Below the pieces are notes generated by a model. It had not been told where the DNA came from and made no database searches. It saw nothing but the letters and a program-made list of their open reading frames with translations. A stretch of 64,000 nucleotides of DNA, from positions 64,255 through 128,254 of IMG/VR virus record IMGVR_UViG_3300036770_008442, one strand, 5' to 3'. Below are positions 19,728 to 29,060 of the stretch, one piece after another; positions within the stretch are counted from its first letter, which is position 1; each line of letters starts with the position of its first letter. The position numbers and the translations under genes are program-made. Source of the stretch: a virus.

Positions 19728-20432
19728 CTAGAAAGATACCCTTTGCAAAATTTCTATAACTGTTTTTACATCTCTTTCGCAATAAGATGCAATTTCCTCA
19801 ATTGGGTTTCCGGACCAATAATGGAGATTAACTTTAGATCCATCGATTTGATCCTTGGGAGAATCTATTCCCAGTGAACAAGAAAGAAGATCCAGGGATA
19901 GATATCTTTGTTGGGACCAACTACCAAATGAAAATATTTCAGATGTATCTAAATAATTAATCTCCCATGGTTTTTTATTCCACACCATTAAATTTGAAGG
20001 AAGATATTCTGGACCAAGAGTATACAGAATTCTCTTGCCCAAACAAGGAACATCAAATCCCTTTATGTTGTGCCCAGTCAGCCTCAAATTTTTAAGGTTG
20101 GCATTTGAAATAACTTTAAAGCATTTTTTAAGAATTTCCTCCTCGTTCTCGTCATAAAAAGAATTAATTCGGACCGATCCCTCATGAATTACTCCAAAGG
20201 AGACACAAATAATTTTACAAAATTCAGGCTCCAAAGAAGCTTTTTCGAGGTATATCTGGGCATCGTCAAGATCTCTCATTTCCTCATAAGTAGATCTATA
20301 ATATTTAGCTCTGCGAGACCATAATAATGCAAGACGGGGTGATTCCTCTTCCAGAATACGAAAATCTGATTTCTGCGTGACTGTCTCGATATCTAAAAAG
20401 AGACAGCTTTCTAATATTCTTTTCTCTATCAT
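19728..20432 (-). CDS. PolB-related 3'-5' exonuclease (DEDDy)
   Basis: FLDIET (ExoI), GHNIKGFDVP (ExoII), YCERDV (ExoIII). Confidence 0.88.
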   Translation of the reverse strand: MIEKRILESCLFLDIETVTQKSDFRILEEESPRLALLWSRRAKYYRSTYEEMRDLDDAQIYLEKASLEPEFCKIICVSFGVIHEGSVRINSFYDENEEEILKKCFKVISNANLKNLRLTGHNIKGFDVPCLGKRILYTLGPEYLPSNLMVWNKKPWEINYLDTSEIFSFGSWSQQRYLSLDLLSCSLGIDSPKDQIDGSKVNLHYWSGNPIEEIASYCERDVKTVIEILQRVSF

Positions 20433-21208
20433 TTTTTTGTAATTTTTTTGGGATCATACCAAAATCTACGACCATTTACGTCAACAACATTATTCATAGC
20501 CGGATTTCTATAACATAAAATTAGATCGCTTATGTTTGAAACCTCTCCGAATGGATTTTTCCAGTCCTGTAGTTGTCCCCCGCCTAACTCATAAACTTTT
20601 AGAGGTATATCTCGGCAAAGATCTAGAATTTCCGGATTTTTTTCTATTGCGAGTTTAGAACTAGTCCAGGGATCCAAATCAACCCGATATAAAATTTCGG
20701 CTCTGAGATAATTCCCAATTCCATTAAACCATTTTTGGTTCATTAAAACCTCAAAAATAGGTTTGCTAAAATCCCTGGAATTAAATCCATTCGTATAAAT
20801 ATTTTGACAGAATTCCTCGAATTCAAAGGTGGGATCTGGCCCTCTGTTTTCACTCCAATTTCCCCAATTCCATCTGCCAAATCTTCTAACATCCACAAAA
20901 GACAAAGAACCAAATTCGGATTGAAAACTAAGGTGAGCATGTTTAGCAATCTGACCCGGTTCTAACCATTTAAAAAATCCACCCATGCCCATAGTCATCA
21001 TCAGATTGGATTTTCTTTCGGATTCAAGATCAGCTAGGATAAGCATGATCTCCTTCCCCCTACTCAAGGACCTGATCGTAAAATTAGGAGAGAATTCTAT
21101 CTCTTTTCCTTTATGAACTGGATTTTTTCTAATTGTTTTAAAGATCACCCCTTCCGACATCCGATTGACATAATCAGAAGTCAATTTCAATTCAGCTAAT
21201 TCTGGCAT
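20429..21208 (-). CDS. nei: Fpg/Nei family DNA glycosylase/AP lyase, NEIL1-like (zincless finger)
   Basis: N-terminal MPE, RGKE, DVRRFG, GPDP, H2TH MNQKWFNGIGNYLRAEIL, C-terminal DVNGRRFW with no zinc-finger cysteines. Confidence 0.9.
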   Translation of the reverse strand: MPELAELKLTSDYVNRMSEGVIFKTIRKNPVHKGKEIEFSPNFTIRSLSRGKEIMLILADLESERKSNLMMTMGMGGFFKWLEPGQIAKHAHLSFQSEFGSLSFVDVRRFGRWNWGNWSENRGPDPTFEFEEFCQNIYTNGFNSRDFSKPIFEVLMNQKWFNGIGNYLRAEILYRVDLDPWTSSKLAIEKNPEILDLCRDIPLKVYELGGGQLQDWKNPFGEVSNISDLILCYRNPAMNNVVDVNGRRFWYDPKKITKK

Positions 21209-21250
21209 TATGTTTTTATTGGCCTAAAGTAATCAAATTGAGGTCATTAA

Positions 21251-22141
21251 TTACTTAGAAGAAATTTTAGAAATAACCTTGGGTTTTAAAGAAAGATAAT
21301 CCATCATATATTTAACACAGGATTCATCCCCCGCTGGGGATTCTATAACACAATCCAAATTTAAACTAAAAGTTGGAATTCGGTGGCTTAAAAACTTCGA
21401 TGGTTCTTTAGAAAGGGCTAATCCATTTTCATCTATCTGATCAGGCTCTCCGTGGATCATAATTGGGATTTGTCCTAGTTCCCAAGTGGAAACGCTAAGA
21501 AAAAGTGCTTCTCTAAAAGAAAGACCTCCACTATTAAAAGAATGGGAAAGAGATCTGAAAGTAATTGGAATTCCGCAATCGTAATAAACACCAGACAATA
21601 AATCTGTTACAGAAAAAAGACTGGGTTTTTCATCATTACAGACAGTAATTAATTTCTTGACATTCTGAGGCAATGAATTAACCACCATAGAAAATCTTCT
21701 TGCCGTTTCTTTCCTATTTGAATATGCGGTCCCGATTCTTAAACATATGGATCTGGAAGAAATACCTAACAGATCTAAAAAATGGGAAATTTTTATCAAT
21801 TCTCTTTTAGTCTCCCTGACTACTTCTGATTTTTGAGATCCTAGAAAGAAATAGGACGGTAGATAAAAAATGATACGATGTGGGTTCTCATCGTTAATCT
21901 CTTTCGCAAAGTTTTCAATACTCAAAACCAGGTTTTGTGGTTCTGCTGTAAAGTCAGGAAATATAAAATTAGGGGGTATGGTAAAACAAGAAACTTTAAT
22001 ACCTAAAGAAATATCAGCAAATACCCGGTCTACAAAAATATTCAGAAATCCTTGACCCGTAGAGGGATCAGAAGAATTTATGTTTTTTAAAAAAACATTA
22101 TTTATACACCCAATATTATTGGTTCCCCTGTTAAGTATCAT
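21251..22141 (-). CDS. uvsE: UV-damage endonuclease (UvsE/UVDE)-like protein with degenerate metal ligands
   Basis: FLGS...ELI...LDLLG, AYSNRK..ARRF, LP, NDEK..FSVTDLL, GIPITF, STW...PIMIH follow the UvsE motif order. Confidence 0.7.
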   Translation of the reverse strand: MILNRGTNNIGCINNVFLKNINSSDPSTGQGFLNIFVDRVFADISLGIKVSCFTIPPNFIFPDFTAEPQNLVLSIENFAKEINDENPHRIIFYLPSYFFLGSQKSEVVRETKRELIKISHFLDLLGISSRSICLRIGTAYSNRKETARRFSMVVNSLPQNVKKLITVCNDEKPSLFSVTDLLSGVYYDCGIPITFRSLSHSFNSGGLSFREALFLSVSTWELGQIPIMIHGEPDQIDENGLALSKEPSKFLSHRIPTFSLNLDCVIESPAGDESCVKYMMDYLSLKPKVISKISSK

Positions 22142-22148
22142 ACCATGA

Positions 22149-22177
22149 TTTTTACAGGGTAATTTAATGAAAGTTTC
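22149..22177 (-). promoter_or_regulatory. Candidate ECF-type (middle) promoter GAAACT-N17-TAAAAA
   Basis: Same bipartite motif and spacing as at 26608-26636 and 33833-33861. Confidence 0.6.
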
Positions 22178-22179
22178 CC

Positions 22180-22662
22180 TTAACTGCCAGTCGATTCAAC
22201 CCCTAAATCTGTGTTATTGAAAACAGTAGGAGAATTATAGACATCTGAAGGGAATGAATCAAATTTAAATTTAGAGATCACTTCCATATGTCCCTTATTA
22301 CCATTATCCACAAATTCGACCGTATCTGGAATCAACTCAAGAACTTCTTCTTTCTTTTTTCCCTTAGAATTAACTTGTGCAAAATACCGATATGATTTAT
22401 TATCAGGTGATCTTTCAGATCTAACGATCATACCAGCAACCTTTTTTTTATCATTAATAGGAACTCCAATTACGATGTCCCCTATTTGAAATTCAGATCC
22501 TTTGATATTTCTTTTGACGTTTGGATCTGGTCCTACACTCACAGAAAGATCCTTATAGGGCTTATATTGAATCTTAAATATGCCGTTAGCCCCACCATAT
22601 CCGTAAGTATCTCCAAAAACCCCGACATCAAAAAATTCATTTATGCTCTTTAGGTGTTTCAA
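22180..22662 (-). CDS. Hypothetical protein with an SH3/KOW-like segment, possible head-packaged protein
   Basis: Likely TTG start giving MKHLKSINEFF (ORF-track start 22707 overlaps the upstream gene); FQIGDIVIG. Confidence 0.65.
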   Translation of the reverse strand: MKHLKSINEFFDVGVFGDTYGYGGANGIFKIQYKPYKDLSVSVGPDPNVKRNIKGSEFQIGDIVIGVPINDKKKVAGMIVRSERSPDNKSYRYFAQVNSKGKKKEEVLELIPDTVEFVDNGNKGHMEVISKFKFDSFPSDVYNSPTVFNNTDLGVESTGS

Positions 22663-22681
22663 AATTAAAAAAATATTTCTA

Positions 22682-23224
22682 CTATTTATCCGATTCAGAT
22701 CCAGCATCTGCCAGATCTAAAATATCTTTTATCTTCTTGGCTAATTCGTAATTCTCTTTCTTCAAAGCACTCTCCATCATATCGCTTAAGATTTTATATC
22801 CTGGGTTTTCGGAGATCTGGGATGGTGCTGCATTAACAGTCAAGCAGATTCTCTGGGGAGAATAGATAACCTCTAATCTAGAATCAAAATTAGCAATCTC
22901 TTCTTCCGGAGAATCAGATTCATCCAATTCTTGATCTTGATCTATTTCTATATTTCCCCATTCTTGATTGAACCAAAATATCATCCATTGGCCATAAGCT
23001 AATTTTGAAACATCATTCTCTATGGCAAATTTAATTAAAGATTTAAGCTCATTTTTTATATCGTTTTTTGTCAACGATTCTGAATAAATTTTCCTTTTAA
23101 TTCCGGGAATCACCTCACTTCCTTCCCCTACCCCGAATTTAAATACTTTATGTACTTGATAAATTGAATCCCAATCCAGACTAGATATGGTGGTGTCAAT
23201 TAATTTCTGAAAATCTTTTCTCAT
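22682..23224 (-). CDS. Hypothetical protein with a C-terminal UVR (UvrB/C) motif
   Basis: MESALKKENYELAKKIKDIL; GATATATA at 23241-23248. Confidence 0.7.
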   Translation of the reverse strand: MRKDFQKLIDTTISSLDWDSIYQVHKVFKFGVGEGSEVIPGIKRKIYSESLTKNDIKNELKSLIKFAIENDVSKLAYGQWMIFWFNQEWGNIEIDQDQELDESDSPEEEIANFDSRLEVIYSPQRICLTVNAAPSQISENPGYKILSDMMESALKKENYELAKKIKDILDLADAGSESDK

Positions 23225-23252
23225 ATCGATTATTATATTCTATATATCAAGA

Positions 23253-23684
23253 TTATTTCAGATCCATTGACATTTGTTGAGAAATATGGGCAATCCAATC
23301 AGAATATTCATTGGGATAAAACTTTTTAAGATCCTGAATTTCTCTCTTTGAAATTTCGAATTTTTCCATCACAAACTTTTCAGCCTCTTGATTATGATCG
23401 ACCTTAATTGCTGATTTTAGGGGATTCTCAGATTTTTTTGTCTTGGTAAAAATCCAATTTGGGGTCTTGGTATAATATCTACTTAAATTATTATGCCACC
23501 AATCCACAACAGGTCTTGGGGAGATTTTAGTGTGATTAAATTGGTTAGCTTGGACTGGAAATTGGATACTCATGATCCTATTTACCATAAAGAAATTTTT
23601 GGTCTTATCGTTTCTGCTAACCTTATTCCAGTCTTTTTCGGACTTGAAAATTTTTTTTACTAATTCAAAAAGTTCCATCTTCAA
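23253..23684 (-). CDS. Putative clamp-loader small subunit (gp62-like)
   Basis: FFMVNRIMSIQFPVQANQFN resembles the gp62-family pattern F/Y-x-x-NR-x-LS...ANEMN; same operon as gp44. Confidence 0.5.
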   Translation of the reverse strand: MKMELFELVKKIFKSEKDWNKVSRNDKTKNFFMVNRIMSIQFPVQANQFNHTKISPRPVVDWWHNNLSRYYTKTPNWIFTKTKKSENPLKSAIKVDHNQEAEKFVMEKFEISKREIQDLKKFYPNEYSDWIAHISQQMSMDLK

Positions 23685-24814
23685 AAACTATTAAAAGGAT
23701 CAAAATGTTTAGGAACAGACTGCGTAGTAACCCAATTAGTTCCCTCTAGAATTTTAATACGATCTAGAGTTATAGATTTTTTTTCCAGATTAATTCCCCT
23801 TTTAATTTCCGATATAATCCCACTTATTACGCTCATCGGAATAACTTTCTTATCCAGCCACATAAGCTTGTAATTCAATAAAAGATTTTTTGCAGCCTTC
23901 TCCCTATTTTCCTTATTATCCACGTCTTGCATAAGACGTAGAATTAATTTGGAAATAAAATCAAGAAATTCCTCATCCCCTATCAAAGAATCAAATCCGT
24001 CATTATTCCATCTGGAATCCAAAAAAGACTCCATAATTTGGTCTGCTTTTTTAGGGGTTATCCTGTGGATTTTACCAGATTTCTCCATTTCCCAAGCGCT
24101 AGGAACATTATCTCCCTTGTCCCCTATTAGCATCTTATTAAAGATGTAATATTTTGGATCTACTTCTTGAAGATCAGCTTTCTTAATTAAACTCCGGAGC
24201 TTGTCCTTATCTGGATCTAACAAGGATCCCATACTAAATACAGTAGGCTGATCTACCGTATCTAACCACTTTTCTTTCCATCCAATTGGGGTTGTGAGAA
24301 CATTATTTTTAGAATTATTACTCCAGACCAACGTCCAATTGTCTTTATTCCACCTAGCCAATTGATGCAGATCCTTATCTGCAGAAACAACTATACAATT
24401 TTCTCCCTTTGTTGTAAAATAGTCTGACCAAAAATAAAGAAGGTCATCACCCTCGGCACCTTCGGATTTAGAATAAATAAATCCCATTTTTTCAAGGTGA
24501 TTACCAAAAGAGTGTAACAAATTAAAAAAGATGCTCCAATCAACCTCTTCATCTTTTATCCGGTTTGCCTTATAACCCCCACCTTCTATCTGAACATCCT
24601 TTCTCCAGCTTCTACTATCTGCAGTGAAGATCAATCTTCCTCCAGTGGGAATGCTTCTAAGAGAAGAACAAAGATCTGTCGATATTTTTCGGATAAACAT
24701 GGATTGGTCAGATTCACTGCCAAGAATTTCTGCTGGGTTTTTAGATCCCCAGCCTCCAAAAACACCCAGTGTTTTATGGAAAATATAGTTACCGTCTATT
24801 AGAACGTTTATCAT
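23681..24814 (-). CDS. rnh: 5'-3' exonuclease / T4 RNase H (flap endonuclease)
   Basis: LIDGN, DSRSWRK, YKANR, EGDD, SADKDLHQL, GDKGDNVP. Confidence 0.9.
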   Translation of the reverse strand: MINVLIDGNYIFHKTLGVFGGWGSKNPAEILGSESDQSMFIRKISTDLCSSLRSIPTGGRLIFTADSRSWRKDVQIEGGGYKANRIKDEEVDWSIFFNLLHSFGNHLEKMGFIYSKSEGAEGDDLLYFWSDYFTTKGENCIVVSADKDLHQLARWNKDNWTLVWSNNSKNNVLTTPIGWKEKWLDTVDQPTVFSMGSLLDPDKDKLRSLIKKADLQEVDPKYYIFNKMLIGDKGDNVPSAWEMEKSGKIHRITPKKADQIMESFLDSRWNNDGFDSLIGDEEFLDFISKLILRLMQDVDNKENREKAAKNLLLNYKLMWLDKKVIPMSVISGIISEIKRGINLEKKSITLDRIKILEGTNWVTTQSVPKHFDPFNSF

Positions 24815-25377
24815 GGATTATAATTTTCCGGATTTGTCCAATCACCAGAGATTGGAAAGTATGGGTCAGTAATTTTGAGATCATAATCTCCAAAATTCAA
24901 AAAATCTAAGTTATCTGTGTGAAGCCTTCTTTCAGTTGAATCAGCATCGTTTCTTGCAGAGAGCCTTGCTCTTCTTGTTTCCTCTTCTATATCAAGATAA
25001 ACAATAAAAGAATCAGAACGATCTAGATCATTTAGAGATTTGAGGGATGAAGGGGTCATGATGAAAAGATTAGAGGATCGAAAAGTATTTTCTGGAGTGC
25101 CATAAAACCAATTATTGAAATAAGCATGCTCGTAGAAAAACCCAGCAGACAAAAGACTTCTATGTTCCTCTTCGGAGATAAAGAAATAGTCTATTCCGTT
25201 TTCTTCTTTTTCTCTTTTAGGCCTAGTTGTAAAAGGAACACCAAAAGAAAAACCCCTTTTTTGAAGGGATTTTCTTAAATAATCTTTGCCGGATCCTCCG
25301 GCTCCTGTTATTATTAATCTTTTCTTGAATTCACTATTCTTCATTATCTTCTTCAGTAGATAAAATACCCTCCTCAA
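24811..25377 (-). CDS. gmk: Guanylate kinase-like NMP kinase
   Basis: GAGGSGKD, TTRPKR..E..GIDYFF, FYGT; true start probably the second Met (MKNSEF). Confidence 0.85.
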   Translation of the reverse strand: MRRVFYLLKKIMKNSEFKKRLIITGAGGSGKDYLRKSLQKRGFSFGVPFTTRPKREKEENGIDYFFISEEEHRSLLSAGFFYEHAYFNNWFYGTPENTFRSSNLFIMTPSSLKSLNDLDRSDSFIVYLDIEEETRRARLSARNDADSTERRLHTDNLDFLNFGDYDLKITDPYFPISGDWTNPENYNP

Positions 25378-25645
25378 GATCGTTAAATCTCTTCTCCGCT
25401 AAATGATATCTGCTGCACGCCCACGCCCACTTACCAAAATCTTCATTACCCGGAAATATTTCTCTTTCTGGCATATGAACTCCAAAAACTATTTTGGGCT
25501 TGTCTATTTTGATTTTAAAGACCTCCCATCCTATAGTCATATCCAATTCTGGATCAAATTGTTCATAGATCATGGACTTTTCTCCCCTCTTATTCAACTT
25601 ATAGATAAATCCATTTTTTCTAATCTCAGAAGATAATAATTCCAT
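25334..25645 (-). CDS. Hypothetical protein (103 aa)
   Basis: Coupled ORF in the replication operon; EIFPGNEDFGKWAW. Confidence 0.7.
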   Translation of the reverse strand: MELLSSEIRKNGFIYKLNKRGEKSMIYEQFDPELDMTIGWEVFKIKIDKPKIVFGVHMPEREIFPGNEDFGKWAWACSRYHLAEKRFNDLEEGILSTEEDNEE

Positions 25646-26592
25646 TACTCGATCAATTTTTGTATTTTGAAAATCAGAGACAAAAGGCTGACCACTGGAT
25701 CTATTACCACCTGTCTTTGTGCCTGGTGTTCTGCAACTAAAACAATGACGCCCGGGATAATAACAGCATACGATGATTTGTTCTTAATAATCCAATTGAT
25801 AAACTCTTCGCCTAAGGCTGTCATAACATCATCTACCTTAGAAGAATATTGGCCTACAATAGCCTGATAGTTTTTAACTGGATCTTTAGATTCGAAAATC
25901 ATTCTGTAGATATCCTCATAGGACCATCCAGAATCATTAATTCTAGATGAATCTATTTTATCAACTCCCTCAATTACCCAAGATTGAATTCTATTCAAGG
26001 AAGATCTAAGATCCGGAAAATACTCCTTTTCAAATTCATCCAAAGAATCTTCATCAATTTCAATCTTCAGTTTTTGAAGTATTAGTTTAATTCGGGATCT
26101 CCATTCATTTTTAACATAATCCTCCTCTTCTTGAGAAATCGGATCAAAACTTATAACCTCAAATCTGCTTTGGATAGCTTCAGGAACCTTATTGATCCAA
26201 TTGCAAGTTGCAACGAATCGAGTGTTAGCTGCAAATTTTTCTATCGTTCCTCTTAAAGCTTTATAGAACTGTTCGGATGCTCCATCAAACTCATCGAGTA
26301 CCACTACCTTTTTTGATGATTTACCATCTAAGATAGAAATGGTAGAACAGAAATCATTAATTTTCGTTCTTATGGTTTCAACTGAGCTCTCATCTGACAC
26401 ATTGATAAAAATATGGGGGGATCCGTTAGATAAAATTTTAGCAAGAGTTGTTTTACCACATCCTGGGCTTCCGGTCAAAAGAACATTATGATTTATGCCT
26501 TTATTCTCAAATAAGGATCTAATCCTCTTAGGCAAAATCATATGCCGTATTTCTTTGGGACGAAGTTTTTCAGTTAAAAGCTGATCAATCAT
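25645..26592 (-). CDS. gp44: Clamp loader AAA+ subunit (gp44 / RFC small subunit)
   Basis: EKLRP, GSPGCGKTT, VLDEFD, TCN, QSRF. Confidence 0.92.
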   Translation of the reverse strand: MIDQLLTEKLRPKEIRHMILPKRIRSLFENKGINHNVLLTGSPGCGKTTLAKILSNGSPHIFINVSDESSVETIRTKINDFCSTISILDGKSSKKVVVLDEFDGASEQFYKALRGTIEKFAANTRFVATCNWINKVPEAIQSRFEVISFDPISQEEEDYVKNEWRSRIKLILQKLKIEIDEDSLDEFEKEYFPDLRSSLNRIQSWVIEGVDKIDSSRINDSGWSYEDIYRMIFESKDPVKNYQAIVGQYSSKVDDVMTALGEEFINWIIKNKSSYAVIIPGVIVLVAEHQAQRQVVIDPVVSLLSLIFKIQKLIE

Positions 26593-26607
26593 AAGGATTC
26601 CTTTTGC

Positions 26608-26636
26608 TTTTTACAGGAAAAGGAGCCTTAAGTTTC
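26608..26636 (-). promoter_or_regulatory. Candidate ECF-type (middle) promoter GAAACT-N17-TAAAAA
   Basis: Bipartite motif upstream of the clamp-loader operon. Confidence 0.6.
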
Positions 26637-26641
26637 CCCTT

Positions 26642-27982
26642 TTAAAAAAGATCAGATAGATCGTCTGGATCTTTTTTATCACTTCTCAGCTCTACAAACC
26701 TTGGCAAAAATAGACTCCTGTTATTATGTTTATCTGTGATGGGAACATTATATTGAACGGAAATAATAGATCCAATAAGTGAATCTGGATCTTTACTCAA
26801 TTCAACCAGATCTAGATCTGTAAATCCCGCTCCTATCTTAACTCGAAGGGTTTTGGATAAATCAGTACAAACTAGACCACCAATAAATCCTTCTCTTTTC
26901 CCTTCACCCTCGTACCACCCCGTCACAATCAAATCGCACTCATTTACTTCTTTTAATTTGACCCAATTTTTGCTTCTCTTGCACTCATAAAAGTGATCGT
27001 TTTTACAGATAACACCCTCACCTCCCTCGGAAACAATCTTTTTATAGATGGCCAGGATTTCCTCCATATTGTCCACCTCCCACATTTGACCCAATTTTAT
27101 GAAGGTATAGTCTTCACGAGGATCAAAAAGATCAGATAGATTCTTTCTTCTTTCCGTATACTTAATATTCCCAATTCCCGATTTTAAAGTTTGTGAGGAA
27201 TCTAGGTCAAAAATGTGAAATATGAAGTTTTTATCAATGTCTTCGGGGGCTGTTCCTTTTAGGATCTGCGTCACTTTACCAGAAACGGATTTTCTATTTA
27301 AATCGGTAAGCTCCCCATCGAAAAATATGTTTTTTAATCCCCCTGATATTTTTTTTAGTTCTTTTGCTACATTCTTCATTCTAGAAGAATCAATCTCATT
27401 AAAGGCTCTGGTAAAGAATGAAAAATTTCCATCATCGTTCAGAATTGCAATGACTCTGACCCCATCATATTTTTCTTCACAGTATGCATTTTTCCATTTT
27501 ACAATTTCACCTGAATCATCAGTAGCTAGCATAAGAGAAGGATCAGGGATTATCTCCCTCCCAATTGCCTTATTAATGAGCTTGGCACCAATTCCAATAT
27601 TCATTCTCTTGGAAAGAACTTTGCCTAAAATTTTTCTAATTTCAAGATCCCGATCAGGATCCAAGTGAAATTGATATCTTAAGATATTAGAAGCTCGAAG
27701 TCTCAATGAATCATTAGCAGCTGGTGCCTTTTTCAGATCCTCAACAAGTTCCACAAAGGTGTCCCAGAAAATCTCCTCACTTCCCTCGTAATTAATTCTA
27801 TCGAGTCTAGAATTATCTATTTCTAGTTTATGAATTTTAGTGGTTACAAAGGGATTAAAACATATATCTAAAAGATACAGCATCTTATCAGATAAATTTT
27901 GGGAGATAAGAGATTGCTTTTTTTTCTGCGAACCCTCGCCCGTACATTTTTCCATTTCCAGAAAAACATCTAGTTCTTTCAT
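26642..27982 (-). CDS. lig: ATP-dependent DNA ligase (gp30)
   Basis: EEKYDGVR motif I, FDGEL, FD, EGVICK, WVKLK, LFLPRF..LRSDK. Confidence 0.95.
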   Translation of the reverse strand: MKELDVFLEMEKCTGEGSQKKKQSLISQNLSDKMLYLLDICFNPFVTTKIHKLEIDNSRLDRINYEGSEEIFWDTFVELVEDLKKAPAANDSLRLRASNILRYQFHLDPDRDLEIRKILGKVLSKRMNIGIGAKLINKAIGREIIPDPSLMLATDDSGEIVKWKNAYCEEKYDGVRVIAILNDDGNFSFFTRAFNEIDSSRMKNVAKELKKISGGLKNIFFDGELTDLNRKSVSGKVTQILKGTAPEDIDKNFIFHIFDLDSSQTLKSGIGNIKYTERRKNLSDLFDPREDYTFIKLGQMWEVDNMEEILAIYKKIVSEGGEGVICKNDHFYECKRSKNWVKLKEVNECDLIVTGWYEGEGKREGFIGGLVCTDLSKTLRVKIGAGFTDLDLVELSKDPDSLIGSIISVQYNVPITDKHNNRSLFLPRFVELRSDKKDPDDLSDLF

Positions 27983-28057
27983 GTAATTAAAATCTTTGAG
28001 AAATAATTCTCCTAAAAATAAGAAAGATTAACAACTAAAAAAAATAATTAGGGGGAA

Positions 28058-29050
28058 TTAAAGATAACTTTTTTCCGGTATCTGAATCTTTTTTTCCCCC
28101 ATATACTCATAGATATCATTCGGATCAACAGGTACAGCACCCGAGATTCGACAAACCAAAGATCCGGAGAGATTAGAAACATCTATACAATCAGTAAGGC
28201 TAAATCCGCTCAAGAACATGAGCATAAAAACAGCACTAACTGTGTCACCTGCTCCAGAGACGTCCACTATATTAATCGAATGACCATTTACACTAAAGTT
28301 TGAATCATTCGAAGATAAAGCCATTCCCCTTTCAGACATGGTGATCAATGCATATTGGATGTCATATTTAGAAATTAGATTCTTTGCAAGATCAAAAATC
28401 TCAGCGACTGAAAGATTCTGGTTTTGGTTGATTTTCAATCCATCCTTAAGTTCCGATAGATTGGGCTTCAAAATGGTAGTTCCCTGATATTTAGTAAAAT
28501 CCTTATCCTTAGGATCGGTTAAAACTGGGATTTTTAAGGTCTTACATCTACTAATAATTTCAGAGATCAAACCCCTAGTTAAAACTCCCTTGCCATAATC
28601 CTGAAGAATAACACCGTCTAAATTTTGACAAATGGAATCAAAGGATTCTAGAATAGAGAAAAACACATTCTCTGGAATATCAGAGGTTGTTTCATTATCT
28701 ATTCTTGTTATCTGATGACCATTTCCTATGATTCGGGTTTTTACTGTAGTTGGCCTTTGATCAGAAATTAGGATCGGGGTAATCCCAGCCTGTTCTAATA
28801 AAACATTTAGAATATTAGAATACTCATCCTCTCCTGAAACTGAAATTAAATAGCAGGTGGAACCAAAAACAGAAATATTCTGGGCAACATTAGCAGCTCC
28901 GCCCAAGCAATAGATCTCATCCTCTTTCAGAACAACAGGAACGGGAGCTTCGGGGGAAACCCGGTTAACTTTCCCATAAACGTAATGATCTAAAATGGAA
29001 TCTCCGATTACTGCGATCCTTTTATTCGCAAAAACATTCACAAAATTCAT
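28058..29050 (-). CDS. hldE: D-glycero-beta-D-manno-heptose-7-phosphate kinase (HldE/RfaE domain I, PfkB family)
   Basis: GDSILDHY..G...RVSPEAPVPV, GGAANVAQN, TTVKTR, QDYGKG, DPK, KPNLSE, DVSGAGDTV. Confidence 0.92.
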   Translation of the reverse strand: MNFVNVFANKRIAVIGDSILDHYVYGKVNRVSPEAPVPVVLKEDEIYCLGGAANVAQNISVFGSTCYLISVSGEDEYSNILNVLLEQAGITPILISDQRPTTVKTRIIGNGHQITRIDNETTSDIPENVFFSILESFDSICQNLDGVILQDYGKGVLTRGLISEIISRCKTLKIPVLTDPKDKDFTKYQGTTILKPNLSELKDGLKINQNQNLSVAEIFDLAKNLISKYDIQYALITMSERGMALSSNDSNFSVNGHSINIVDVSGAGDTVSAVFMLMFLSGFSLTDCIDVSNLSGSLVCRISGAVPVDPNDIYEYMGEKKIQIPEKSYL

Positions 29051-29060
29051 TTATCAACTG

